This document shows, in pieces, positions 57,101 to 64,000 of a stretch of DNA of 64,000 nucleotides. The position numbers and the translations under genes are program-made. This DNA is from an uncultured archaeon (GTDB taxonomy: Archaea; Aenigmatarchaeota; Aenigmatarchaeia; QMZP01; JAFGSV01). The stretch is from assembly GCA_964559215.1 (NCBI GenBank), contig CAZLFZ010000001.1, forward strand, positions 75,287 through 139,286, in the 5' to 3' direction. The number at the start of each line of letters is the position of its first letter. Position 1 is the first letter of the stretch. The notes beneath the pieces are model-generated. The model was not told the DNA's origin and ran no database searches. It saw only the letters and a program-made list of their open reading frames with translations.

Positions 57101-59878
57101 ATAAGCGTCGCCAAACTCGATGCCGCCCGTGGCCGGGGAATATGGCTTCTTGGTAACTGATGCCAGGATTATGACCTGCTTGTGTCCCCTCTGCTCTTGG
57201 GGCACCCTGCTGCAGTCTATGTTCGCCGGGTTGACGCTCACAGCGAGGTCTACCTGGCCCTGGTCGACGCACCCGGAATACAGGGTGCACACCTTGTTGT
57301 CAGGGCAGCCCATGTCCCTGCAGCAGTTGTCACTGGTCTCGCCAAGCTCCGGGTTCGGCTCCCCGTTCCCGCACAGCGGCAATCCTTGCACGTAATCCAG
57401 CTCGAATTCCGCTGACACAGGCTTTCCCTCATATGGGGCGTAATGACCACCCAGGCCGCCGCCCAGGATGTTAAGCGTGAGTTTCAGATCAGCGGGAGGC
57501 AGGTTCGGACAGGCCGGGAACATGGATACGGGGACGGAACACTCAACATCCCCTGTATGGTGGCCATATTCCGTTATCATGGGCTGGCACGTGAACCCCG
57601 GGATGTTCTGGGCCGTGTAGATCTTCGAGTTGTATTCGAGCTTCCAGTTGAGAACGTTGAAAGGTTCGTATGCGCTCTCGGGAACGTTCTGCACGTGGGA
57701 CCTGAAGGTGAAATCATCACTTGGTTGCATGCCGTTTTTTGGGGAGCAGTCGATGTTGTTCCTTGCCGGTAGGTCTTCGGGATTTACAGCCAGGGAGATT
57801 TCAATTTCGTCCTTGCACCCGGACGCCGTGCAGACGAGGCCACCCTCGCACTGGCAGTCCCAGCAGCACGTCTCGGGAGTTTCCCCGATTCCCGGCTCGC
57901 ACGCCCCGTTCTTGTTGCATGTCCTCTGCCTGGCCTTCATCACCTCAAAGGAGAAAGGAACTGTCAATTCCTTGTATTTCAAATCGTTCGACTTCCTGCC
58001 CGCGGCGTCGTCAAAGTACGTGAACAGCACGGTGAAAAGCACATCCTTGATTCCCAGCTTGAAGCATCCCGGGAAGGTCTCTGGGCCGGCGAGGGGCAGC
58101 TTGCACAGGTATATGTCGCCCTGCTGAACGCACTGTGACAGCCTGTACCTGCTGTTATCGTACGTGTAGGCAATGGTTTCGAAGGAGCTGAAGAAGGCAG
58201 GCCCCTTGGCAAACGTGAACCTGATGTCAACCTCCCCACCCTGGGTGCAGTCAACCGTCTCGGGCAGGATCTTCACCCTCATCCCCATTTCGGATTCGCT
58301 TTTGCAGGCGCCGCTCACGGAGCAGTAGCCATCGATGCATCCTGTGTCCTGGCAGCACGTTTCCGGGGTTTCGACGGGGCTTTCTATATGGCCATTGCCG
58401 CACAGGTGACAGATGTTCTGCGTGCAGGTCTGCAGCTGGCCGGTGTATGGGTCGGCAGGACAGCCGTCGCAGTCAAGGCAGCAGTTCGTGTAGTCCTCCC
58501 CTAGCTCGCATTTGCCGTTCCCGCACGTCGGCGCCATGCAGACCCCGTTCGGGACCTGCTCGGTGTTGCAGTATTCTCCGGTCGGGCATCCGTCGCAGTC
58601 AAGGCAGCAGTTCGTGTAGTCCTCCCCTGGCTCGCATCCTCTCTTCCCGCATTCAGCTAAGATACACTCCTGCAGCTGGGAGCTGTAGTAGTATCCATGG
58701 CCATAGACATCGTCACACCTCTTCCCGGGGGTATTATGGCAGTCAACAGGGCAAGTGCCTGAGTCCTCTGACAGCTCGCAGTTCCCGTTCCCGCATTCAG
58801 GGGCGATGCATTTGCCGTGGGGTATGTTAATGTTGGGGTCGCAGTCCAGCCCGGCCGGACAGCCAGCGTCAACACAGCAGTTCGTCTCGTCTTCGACGGG
58901 GTCTTTTACACCGTCCCCGCATACGTGGCAAAGACCGTTCGGATACTCGCTGTTCGCAGAACATTCCTGTCCTGAGACCGGACAGCCGCAGTCAAGGCAG
59001 CAGTTTTCTGTATTTTCCCCGACATCACAGGCGCCGTCTCCGCAGCTTGGCAGGGGATTGGAAAAGAATGTGACGGGGTTCGATACGCTCCCCTTGGCGA
59101 ATGCCAGCAGATAATCCTTCGCCACTTTTTCAATCACCCTTCTTGACGGCTTGTACTTTTCAAAGTACGGCACGTCTATTTCTGTTTTGTCAGCAACGAT
59201 TTCGTAAAGCTCGGTCGTCTGCTTCCCGTTCACAGCACCAAGGGCAGCCCTTTCCATCCAGCTTGCCGGTATCATGTAATAAGTCTCGATGAATTCCCTG
59301 ATCCAGGACGGCTCTATTCCAGGATTGGCATAAACATCGATATGTGAAATGTCATAATCCTTGTGCTCGAAATTCTGGACGCCCGATCTGGTGGCCTGGT
59401 CCCAGTACCCGACCCAGAAGTCCACCTCATCATAGCTGAATTTTATCATGGTCAAGAAGTTGGCCGCATTGTTCCTTGATACGTCCCCCCAATAAAAGGT
59501 GCCCTTCTCCCCCGAGAGATAGGAGTCGGCCTCGACTGGCTCGTAATCAACGCAGTCAAGCGGGTTGTTGTCCTTGCATTTGAACAGGTAGATTTTCTTG
59601 ACGGAATAAAGGGGGTCCTTTCCTATAACCTCGATTTTCACCTGCACGTTTTCCCATTTGTAGTCTGACGGATCATGGACAAATTCAAAGCTTTTGTCGA
59701 CGAGAAGGTTGGCATCGAGTGTTATTTCCACCTTTTCACCCGTTGTCGTGACGGTGGCGCCTCTCATAATCTGCTGATATATGGAGATTTGGATGGCCGA
59801 TGCAAAGGAGATACTGATCACTAGGTAAGTGCATACGACCGCTATTACCTGCAGCAATATCTTTTCTACGCTGTCCAT
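54119..59878 (-). CDS. Giant (~1,920 aa) Cys-rich surface protein
   Basis: N-terminal signal/TM; ten CGNG..C..GE...CC.D.GC-type repeats interspersed with ~130-aa beta domains; C-terminal coiled-coil plus hydrophobic helices; likely start 59878 or 59884. Confidence 0.85.
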   Translation of the reverse strand: MDSVEKILLQVIAVVCTYLVISISFASAIQISIYQQIMRGATVTTTGEKVEITLDANLLVDKSFEFVHDPSDYKWENVQVKIEVIGKDPLYSVKKIYLFKCKDNNPLDCVDYEPVEADSYLSGEKGTFYWGDVSRNNAANFLTMIKFSYDEVDFWVGYWDQATRSGVQNFEHKDYDISHIDVYANPGIEPSWIREFIETYYMIPASWMERAALGAVNGKQTTELYEIVADKTEIDVPYFEKYKPSRRVIEKVAKDYLLAFAKGSVSNPVTFFSNPLPSCGDGACDVGENTENCCLDCGCPVSGQECSANSEYPNGLCHVCGDGVKDPVEDETNCCVDAGCPAGLDCDPNINIPHGKCIAPECGNGNCELSEDSGTCPVDCHNTPGKRCDDVYGHGYYYSSQLQECILAECGKRGCEPGEDYTNCCLDCDGCPTGEYCNTEQVPNGVCMAPTCGNGKCELGEDYTNCCLDCDGCPADPYTGQLQTCTQNICHLCGNGHIESPVETPETCCQDTGCIDGYCSVSGACKSESEMGMRVKILPETVDCTQGGEVDIRFTFAKGPAFFSSFETIAYTYDNSRYRLSQCVQQGDIYLCKLPLAGPETFPGCFKLGIKDVLFTVLFTYFDDAAGRKSNDLKYKELTVPFSFEVMKARQRTCNKNGACEPGIGETPETCCWDCQCEGGLVCTASGCKDEIEISLAVNPEDLPARNNIDCSPKNGMQPSDDFTFRSHVQNVPESAYEPFNVLNWKLEYNSKIYTAQNIPGFTCQPMITEYGHHTGDVECSVPVSMFPACPNLPPADLKLTLNILGGGLGGHYAPYEGKPVSAEFELDYVQGLPLCGNGEPNPELGETSDNCCRDMGCPDNKVCTLYSGCVDQGQVDLAVSVNPANIDCSRVPQEQRGHKQVIILASVTKKPYSPATGGIEFGDAYLDDSRIEEMGGICEPVVNSTEYSVYAWRCSIPVSDFNPFCWSAGSYTPNFETTITWQDKSGNRITKRIIKPVSFSVEIPRERQCVPDGFQDPELGEIIDQCCPDAGCSGGRVCTKEIVCVDPDQISLIVDDVSPDALDCSVKDDPENNIVVTVHIDNMPYDTHYIEWFMEYAGNTFTEQYFTCEPLMYGGLQSSSYRCEIPVYFFPACAEEGSHSLDISARITYSDYRGQIFQQEVSDDFTVNVGTAGLPNCGNGKCDKSLGETQDNCCQDCGCANKQDVCTVEGTCYSESEITMTIEPAALTTNCQLAPWDMDTYKVLTYQCVFQDPVKLRAHLSHKPWMASVISTSYVWNGEEAFSDAISSGEDIADGWNLYVILNPDGSYVISAFSGDKHVSQHQIKDATLTIQVPSHTGEYEKVIKVTSVNDVRVTVNEVKHEDLLELEKALKDAKKAMEKANRIVCSIVTILAICTVCSLMAAVKEKPPTTPEKPTIIVVPDDFGRKGWDELSTTPKFEYVPYTPTEKASPAPSFVVNAILPSVTAQTGTGLPMEIFTQLMSATSGMGKTGAGVVGLIAGLGFAWVMGEMLDCEDSFKTAVIAATVICGLIMYFKGRSALEPVAKICNLLSMALQLLMMINNLRSVTLNYEACMMQAESQLSTRLRKGETGYDRSRRIADYYRQLAACHQQLEGDTARLMERWAQFSYNLGASTGWSDTGVSTSPRPPATLGRGDPLTITYDYPSYGGRGEYGQIYITFENWWITAKGIIGKQSPTRTFRLAQSSGQIKCTVRSDGYGLDCSDPYAGYRGEGDNLIALACTQYVSGETAADKEAQCKGAVLEGTITVRWKPCDERRSSCFYQFGFNSQASGSYAEPAAYTGKGTATDPYKPTGESVRSHEYVNDICYTYTEDSPCNRCDGQPNLSDCRATEKERLFIGPRKGMEYVFVGDVGNCCFGKCIFGGINCCTIDDCGEEDDYGHKALSCLDYACSYEAGMVA
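58464..58637. repeat. Near-perfect 48-bp direct repeat inside the giant gene (58464-58511 and 58590-58637)
   Basis: CCGTCGCAGTCAAGGCAGCAGTTCGTGTAGTCCTCCCCT(A/G)GCTCGCAT, one mismatch, offset 126 nt (42 codons). Confidence 0.9.
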
Positions 59879-61773
59879 GAGCATCCCACAACATTTGAAC
59901 ATTCGGCCGTTGATATCGGCTCCATCCCACAGCTTGTGTACAGGCTGCGCACGTTTTCCAGGTTGGATTCGTCGAAGCCGTCGAGGCTGGGCGCGTAAAC
60001 ATACAGGTCTGAGCCTGCCGGGGTAAATCCTGTCATGTTCACGAACCCTCCCAGGTTCTGGCCGTCGTAGGTTTCGATGCCGACATAGTATTCATCAACG
60101 GGCAGGTTGGCCACATCAAGCTCCGAGACAAAAGAGCCGGCATCGTTCACGTTCACAACGATCTCGGGCTCAGGGGGAGCGCATGCATCCCCCATCCTCG
60201 ACATGCCCACTTCGATTCTTTCATTGGCTGGCGACACCGAATCTATCGTATATGTTGAGCCTGTCTTGCTTATACCGACCATGTAAAAATTGAACGTGAA
60301 GTGCTTACTTCTCGGTATGTCAATCTGGATGTTTCTGAGGTCTGAATATGAATAGCATTCCGTGTACTCGTTTTGTCCGTCTCTCACCTTTAATGCTCCC
60401 CACACGGGCGGCACCTTTGCTTGGATGGGCAGTCCCCGGCCGGTTGTTCCCAGCTCGCATCCATAAAAAGAAACGGTGGCACCTGTCACATCAGAACCGT
60501 CTTTGTATCGAACAAATATGTTAGCATCTTCCGTTGCTTCTTCAACACAAGTATCACCATATGTTCTCGAGAATTCGCTCTGATCTGCAGCGGTGAGAGT
60601 CGGTATAGCGGTGCATGCGCCGGGAGCGCTGTTGTCTATGTAAACAAGGACAGCGAACTTGAAACTCTTTCTCAATGAACTGTCCCACACGTTGACCACG
60701 ACGGGATACCGCATGCTGTATGTCTGACTGTATTCGGCAACCCTCATTCCCTGCATGAATCTCATGAAGGGCCCGACACGTGGCTGGATTCTCAAATGCT
60801 CAGGGGCCGAGAACTCGCTCCTGTCCAGCCCATTGTCGTCACCGAAGTAAAAGTTCACGTTCAGGTCATCGTATTTTTTGCTGTTCGTCTCTGCGTTCCC
60901 GCTGCAGACGCCAGACCCGCTTGATACGGTGCTGTAGTCTATGACAGCCGGAACAGGGAAAAACTCTATCCCCCACTTCTGTATTTTCCCCTCGTCACTA
61001 ATCGGGAACTCCTTTCCCAGCAGCGTGTTGGACAGCGAGTATTTGATGTGCAGTTCCATGCAGTCCCGCAGATTACTCCATGTGAACGTGTACGACCTTT
61101 CTGCATTCCCTATGGTCGGAATCCAGCACGGCCTTGAATATTCATTTGACTGCATGAGCGACATCAGCAGGTGGTTGTCTAGGACCCGGCAGTCGGCCTG
61201 CATCCGGGCAAAGTTCTTTGCAAAATCATAAATCCTGCCCATTTTCGTGGCAATCTCCACGACGTAGGGCTGGGGCATCGCCTGGCCCTGCACCGTTGTC
61301 GGCAGGTTGACAGACAGGGTTATCTTGTTGTCGTAGAAGCTGGGGGTTATGGTCATGGACTGCTTCCCGAATGTGACGGTCCGGCCTCCTATTACCTGGG
61401 AGTCAGGCATGTGCGATTCGATATATTCCTTCACGCCTTTGGCAAACCCCTGCTGCAAATCCGGGATGTTGTAATTGCCGCATAGCTGCCACAGCGCTAT
61501 CTTGTTCCCCAGTGCCTTGTGATTCACGTATCCCAACGCAGGCGTTGAGTCGGCAAGATAGCCGCCGTTCTTGTACATCTCCGATATGGTGCTCGTGGCC
61601 GCTCCCCTGATCATATCCCCGACATAGCTTGCAACTGATTTCTGCTCCTCGGTCAGCGCAGACGGTTGGATAGATGGCGGCGTGACGGTGGAGTAGGAGT
61701 AGACGCCGACTACAATTGCGATTATGACCAGTCCAAGAATCAATGCAAACTCAGCCTGAGCTTTTCTAGGCAT
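59866..61773 (-). CDS. Large protein with a class III-like (prepilin) N-terminus; putative pilus-associated adhesin
   Basis: MPRKA/QAEFALILGLVII; 635 aa; overlaps the giant gene start. Confidence 0.7.
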   Translation of the reverse strand: MPRKAQAEFALILGLVIIAIVVGVYSYSTVTPPSIQPSALTEEQKSVASYVGDMIRGAATSTISEMYKNGGYLADSTPALGYVNHKALGNKIALWQLCGNYNIPDLQQGFAKGVKEYIESHMPDSQVIGGRTVTFGKQSMTITPSFYDNKITLSVNLPTTVQGQAMPQPYVVEIATKMGRIYDFAKNFARMQADCRVLDNHLLMSLMQSNEYSRPCWIPTIGNAERSYTFTWSNLRDCMELHIKYSLSNTLLGKEFPISDEGKIQKWGIEFFPVPAVIDYSTVSSGSGVCSGNAETNSKKYDDLNVNFYFGDDNGLDRSEFSAPEHLRIQPRVGPFMRFMQGMRVAEYSQTYSMRYPVVVNVWDSSLRKSFKFAVLVYIDNSAPGACTAIPTLTAADQSEFSRTYGDTCVEEATEDANIFVRYKDGSDVTGATVSFYGCELGTTGRGLPIQAKVPPVWGALKVRDGQNEYTECYSYSDLRNIQIDIPRSKHFTFNFYMVGISKTGSTYTIDSVSPANERIEVGMSRMGDACAPPEPEIVVNVNDAGSFVSELDVANLPVDEYYVGIETYDGQNLGGFVNMTGFTPAGSDLYVYAPSLDGFDESNLENVRSLYTSCGMEPISTAECSNVVGCSWTA

Positions 61774-61902
61774 GCCGCACTCCTGTTATAATGTTATTAG
61801 ATGTTATAAATATATATTTTACCAGCCATTTTATATAAACCTGTATAGCTTTAACGGTTGACCCTGTAAATCTCCTTTTACCAAACATCCTTTTGCAAAG
61901 TC

Positions 61903-63234
61903 TCAATATCCGGAGTAAGGCTGTTCCGTTTCCTGGACGACCATAGTCTTTTTGTATACGTAAAGAATGATGGCGGCTATTGCCACCACAGCCGCAAATA
62001 TAAGCAGCCAGTTTAGCGGTCCTGACTGGCCATTTGGCGGCTTTGGTTTGTCATCATGCACGCTAGTAGCTTCTTGGATACCCTTCCAGTCATCCAGGCT
62101 TGGCCCTGCATTGTATTTGGCAGCATAATCATCCGCATCGGGTCTGAGGCCAGGATCACTTTCAGCCATCCTCTGAACATCCGCTACAGGCTCTTCCACG
62201 GTCAAGAAGGATTCCGCTGTTTTTTTACCGCCGGTCTCACCCTCAACTTCCGCCCTGATTATATACAGCTTATGCTCGTCTGATAGTGGAACGATGGTGA
62301 AGTCTATCTGCTTGCTCATGTCCTTGCCAACCCTTACATCTAGAGGGATGAAATTGGTGTTGAGCGATTCGTCCAGATCGAGGTTCACGCTGAAACCCTG
62401 CTCGGGGGCGAAGTTGTGTATGGTGAGGAAAAACTTCGCAGACTGAGTCCCCATGACGTTTTTGCTCTTCGGCGACAACTCGACCCTGAAGCCCTCCAGG
62501 CCGGGAGCAGTGGAAACGTGCAGAGTTCCAGTCACCCTCTTTTCGCATGAGGGATAGTCGCAATCATTCGCCCTGGCCACGATGGTGAAGGCATGATCGC
62601 CAGGCTCCTGGGGGGAATCCACGACAATCTCGACTGTATATTCGCCGGGCGTTTCGATTGTGGTGCTGGATATGTCCATCTTGGGCCCGCTCTCCTTGTC
62701 CAGGGATATTGACAGATCGAATTCGCTTGATAACAAAAGCGTGTACGTGACCTTTTCACCGGGGATCGAAAACATCTCCGATTCCAGCAGGTCCACGCTG
62801 AACAGATCGGTGTGCGAGCTGGCAGCCTTGCATGGATCTTCGCTGGACTCCACCACATCCACATCTTCGTGCTTGCTCACGCATATACCGTAATCATATC
62901 TTATCTCACCCTCGGGGGTTTCCAGCGTGAAGTGCAGGACGGCCTCGTCGCCTACCCTTCTGTTCTTTGTGCTGAAGCAGACAGGGTTTATGACTGGATT
63001 GTTTGGACCTGAGGTGAAGCTAGTCCTGTGCGTGTCGACCCATCCACCGCCCGGATAAGCAGGGTCGTCCACGGTGAGCGTGTACTCTCCCCGGCCGTTA
63101 TCCCCGAAGATAACGGAGATGCAGAATTGTGTGTCGGGGTTCATGGAAAGGTATGTGATGGACTGAGCCGAAGCGGTGGGAAGGAAAAGCGCCAGAAAGA
63201 GGGAGAAGAGGACAAGCGATTTTTTACCCTCCAT
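61903..63234 (-). CDS. Secreted protein with C-terminal TM anchor (paralog of 52722-54101)
   Basis: Signal peptide MEGKKSLVLF...; GRGEYTLT...GGGWVD; C-terminal TM plus YKKTMV; likely start 63234. Confidence 0.8.
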   Translation of the reverse strand: MEGKKSLVLFSLFLALFLPTASAQSITYLSMNPDTQFCISVIFGDNGRGEYTLTVDDPAYPGGGWVDTHRTSFTSGPNNPVINPVCFSTKNRRVGDEAVLHFTLETPEGEIRYDYGICVSKHEDVDVVESSEDPCKAASSHTDLFSVDLLESEMFSIPGEKVTYTLLLSSEFDLSISLDKESGPKMDISSTTIETPGEYTVEIVVDSPQEPGDHAFTIVARANDCDYPSCEKRVTGTLHVSTAPGLEGFRVELSPKSKNVMGTQSAKFFLTIHNFAPEQGFSVNLDLDESLNTNFIPLDVRVGKDMSKQIDFTIVPLSDEHKLYIIRAEVEGETGGKKTAESFLTVEEPVADVQRMAESDPGLRPDADDYAAKYNAGPSLDDWKGIQEATSVHDDKPKPPNGQSGPLNWLLIFAAVVAIAAIILYVYKKTMVVQETEQPYSGY

Positions 63235-64000
63235 ATTCCCCGCCCTGCCCGTAATAGAATGACAGATCATCCCCGACCTCGGCCTTCGCCAGAGAGATGT
63301 CCTTTTGTATGTCATTTTTGACTTCAGCTTTTGTATCTTTCATCTTGTTCATTATGAAGAGCATAGCCGCAGCAGCTATGATAGAAATCACAACACAGGG
63401 TTTTGTCAGCCAAGTGCAGCACTTCCACAGAGTGGCATGACATAAGGCCGTCCCCGCTGCAAGCCCAATAGCATATGCCCCAAGAAAACCTGCGGTGCTT
63501 GCAGCAAAAATGCCTATCCCCGCTGCAATACTATAACCAAATATGATAGGAGCGAACCAGCCGAAAATATCAACGAGCAAACCCCATGCACCGATAATTA
63601 ACTCCGACTCTAGAAGAGCATAACCGAAGCATGGCGTGCAGAACCCAAAGATGAAAAATATTATTTTAATGTAGCCCTCCAGCTTTTTCATTCCTTCTTT
63701 ATAATCCCCCAGTTGGTTCTCCACGGAAATCAGCTTGTCGCTTTCCTTGACGTTGTAGTCCAGCCCGATTTCGTTCTTGCTTTCAAGAGGGATTATGATT
63801 TCATTTTCTTGGTCGTAAACCACAAGGGTGAAGCCGAGGGCAAGCTTGTGATCCCTTTTTATGTTTTTGGTGCTTGATTCCACTGGCTTGGGCAGCACCT
63901 TAAGCAGCCAACCAGTCGCGGTCTTTTCTGTCGAGGCTATGGAATCCTGTATTTTGCCGCTTTTATTGCCATCAAGATAGTAGAACAGATCTATTGGATC
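63224..64000 (-). CDS. 3' part of a large gene entering from beyond the window; paralog of the giant protein's C-terminal module
   Basis: Frame is open from 64000 (DPIDLFYYLDGNKSGKIQDSIASTEKTATGWLLKV...), matching SYVWNGEEAFSDAISSGEDIADGWNLYV of the giant protein; coil, then CxxC hydrophobic helices. Confidence 0.75.
   Translation of the reverse strand, partial: DPIDLFYYLDGNKSGKIQDSIASTEKTATGWLLKVLPKPVESSTKNIKRDHKLALGFTLVVYDQENEIIIPLESKNEIGLDYNVKESDKLISVENQLGDYKEGMKKLEGYIKIIFFIFGFCTPCFGYALLESELIIGAWGLLVDIFGWFAPIIFGYSIAAGIGIFAASTAGFLGAYAIGLAAGTALCHATLWKCCTWLTKPCVVISIIAAAAMLFIMNKMKDTKAEVKNDIQKDISLAKAEVGDDLSFYYGQGGEYGG

Noticed and set aside
58464-58637. CRISPR array
   Set aside because: Only two copies, in frame within a CDS and encoding Cys-rich protein repeats. 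No CRISPR array was seen anywhere in the window.
36276-64000. Integrated virus or plasmid starting at the tRNA
   Set aside because: No integrase, att-like repeat of the tRNA 3' end, capsid, packaging ATPase or replication gene was recognised in the downstream region.

Overview
This is a 64 kb archaeal chromosomal window. Archaeal markers include Cdc6/Orc1 with ORB boxes, AglB, a thermosome, NAC, Hjc, an intron-containing tRNA, class III prepilins and GGTGA-type Shine-Dalgarno sites. The gene content suggests a DPANN lineage, possibly Aenigmarchaeota-like (inference). In order: (1) an N-glycosylation locus with an ANL ligase, an acyl carrier protein, an acetyltransferase, AglH-like GPT, AglB and Ca2+ transporters; (2) a replication-origin region with PolB, two ORB clusters, a degenerate DP1 and Cdc6; (3) hjc, acs, Na+-type HppA, TrkA, two decayed genes and an internally deleted IS200/IS605 tnpB element; (4) a type IV pilus locus, the thermosome and a tRNA-Ile(UAU) with two introns; (5) about 26 kb of surface and secreted proteins, including paralogous SGC-motif proteins and a ~1,900 aa Cys-rich giant protein in a duplicated cassette. 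Two signals stand out. First, a 30-nt bulge-helix-bulge (tRNA-type) intron inside the protein-coding hjc gene carries an in-frame TAG, and its predicted excision restores the conserved G-R-R-F-E motif exactly. Second, the PolB carries a PolD DP2-type C-terminal zinc finger and lies near a nuclease-dead DP1, resembling the eukaryotic catalytic-subunit plus B-subunit arrangement. All family assignments come from motif recognition by eye; no database searches were run.
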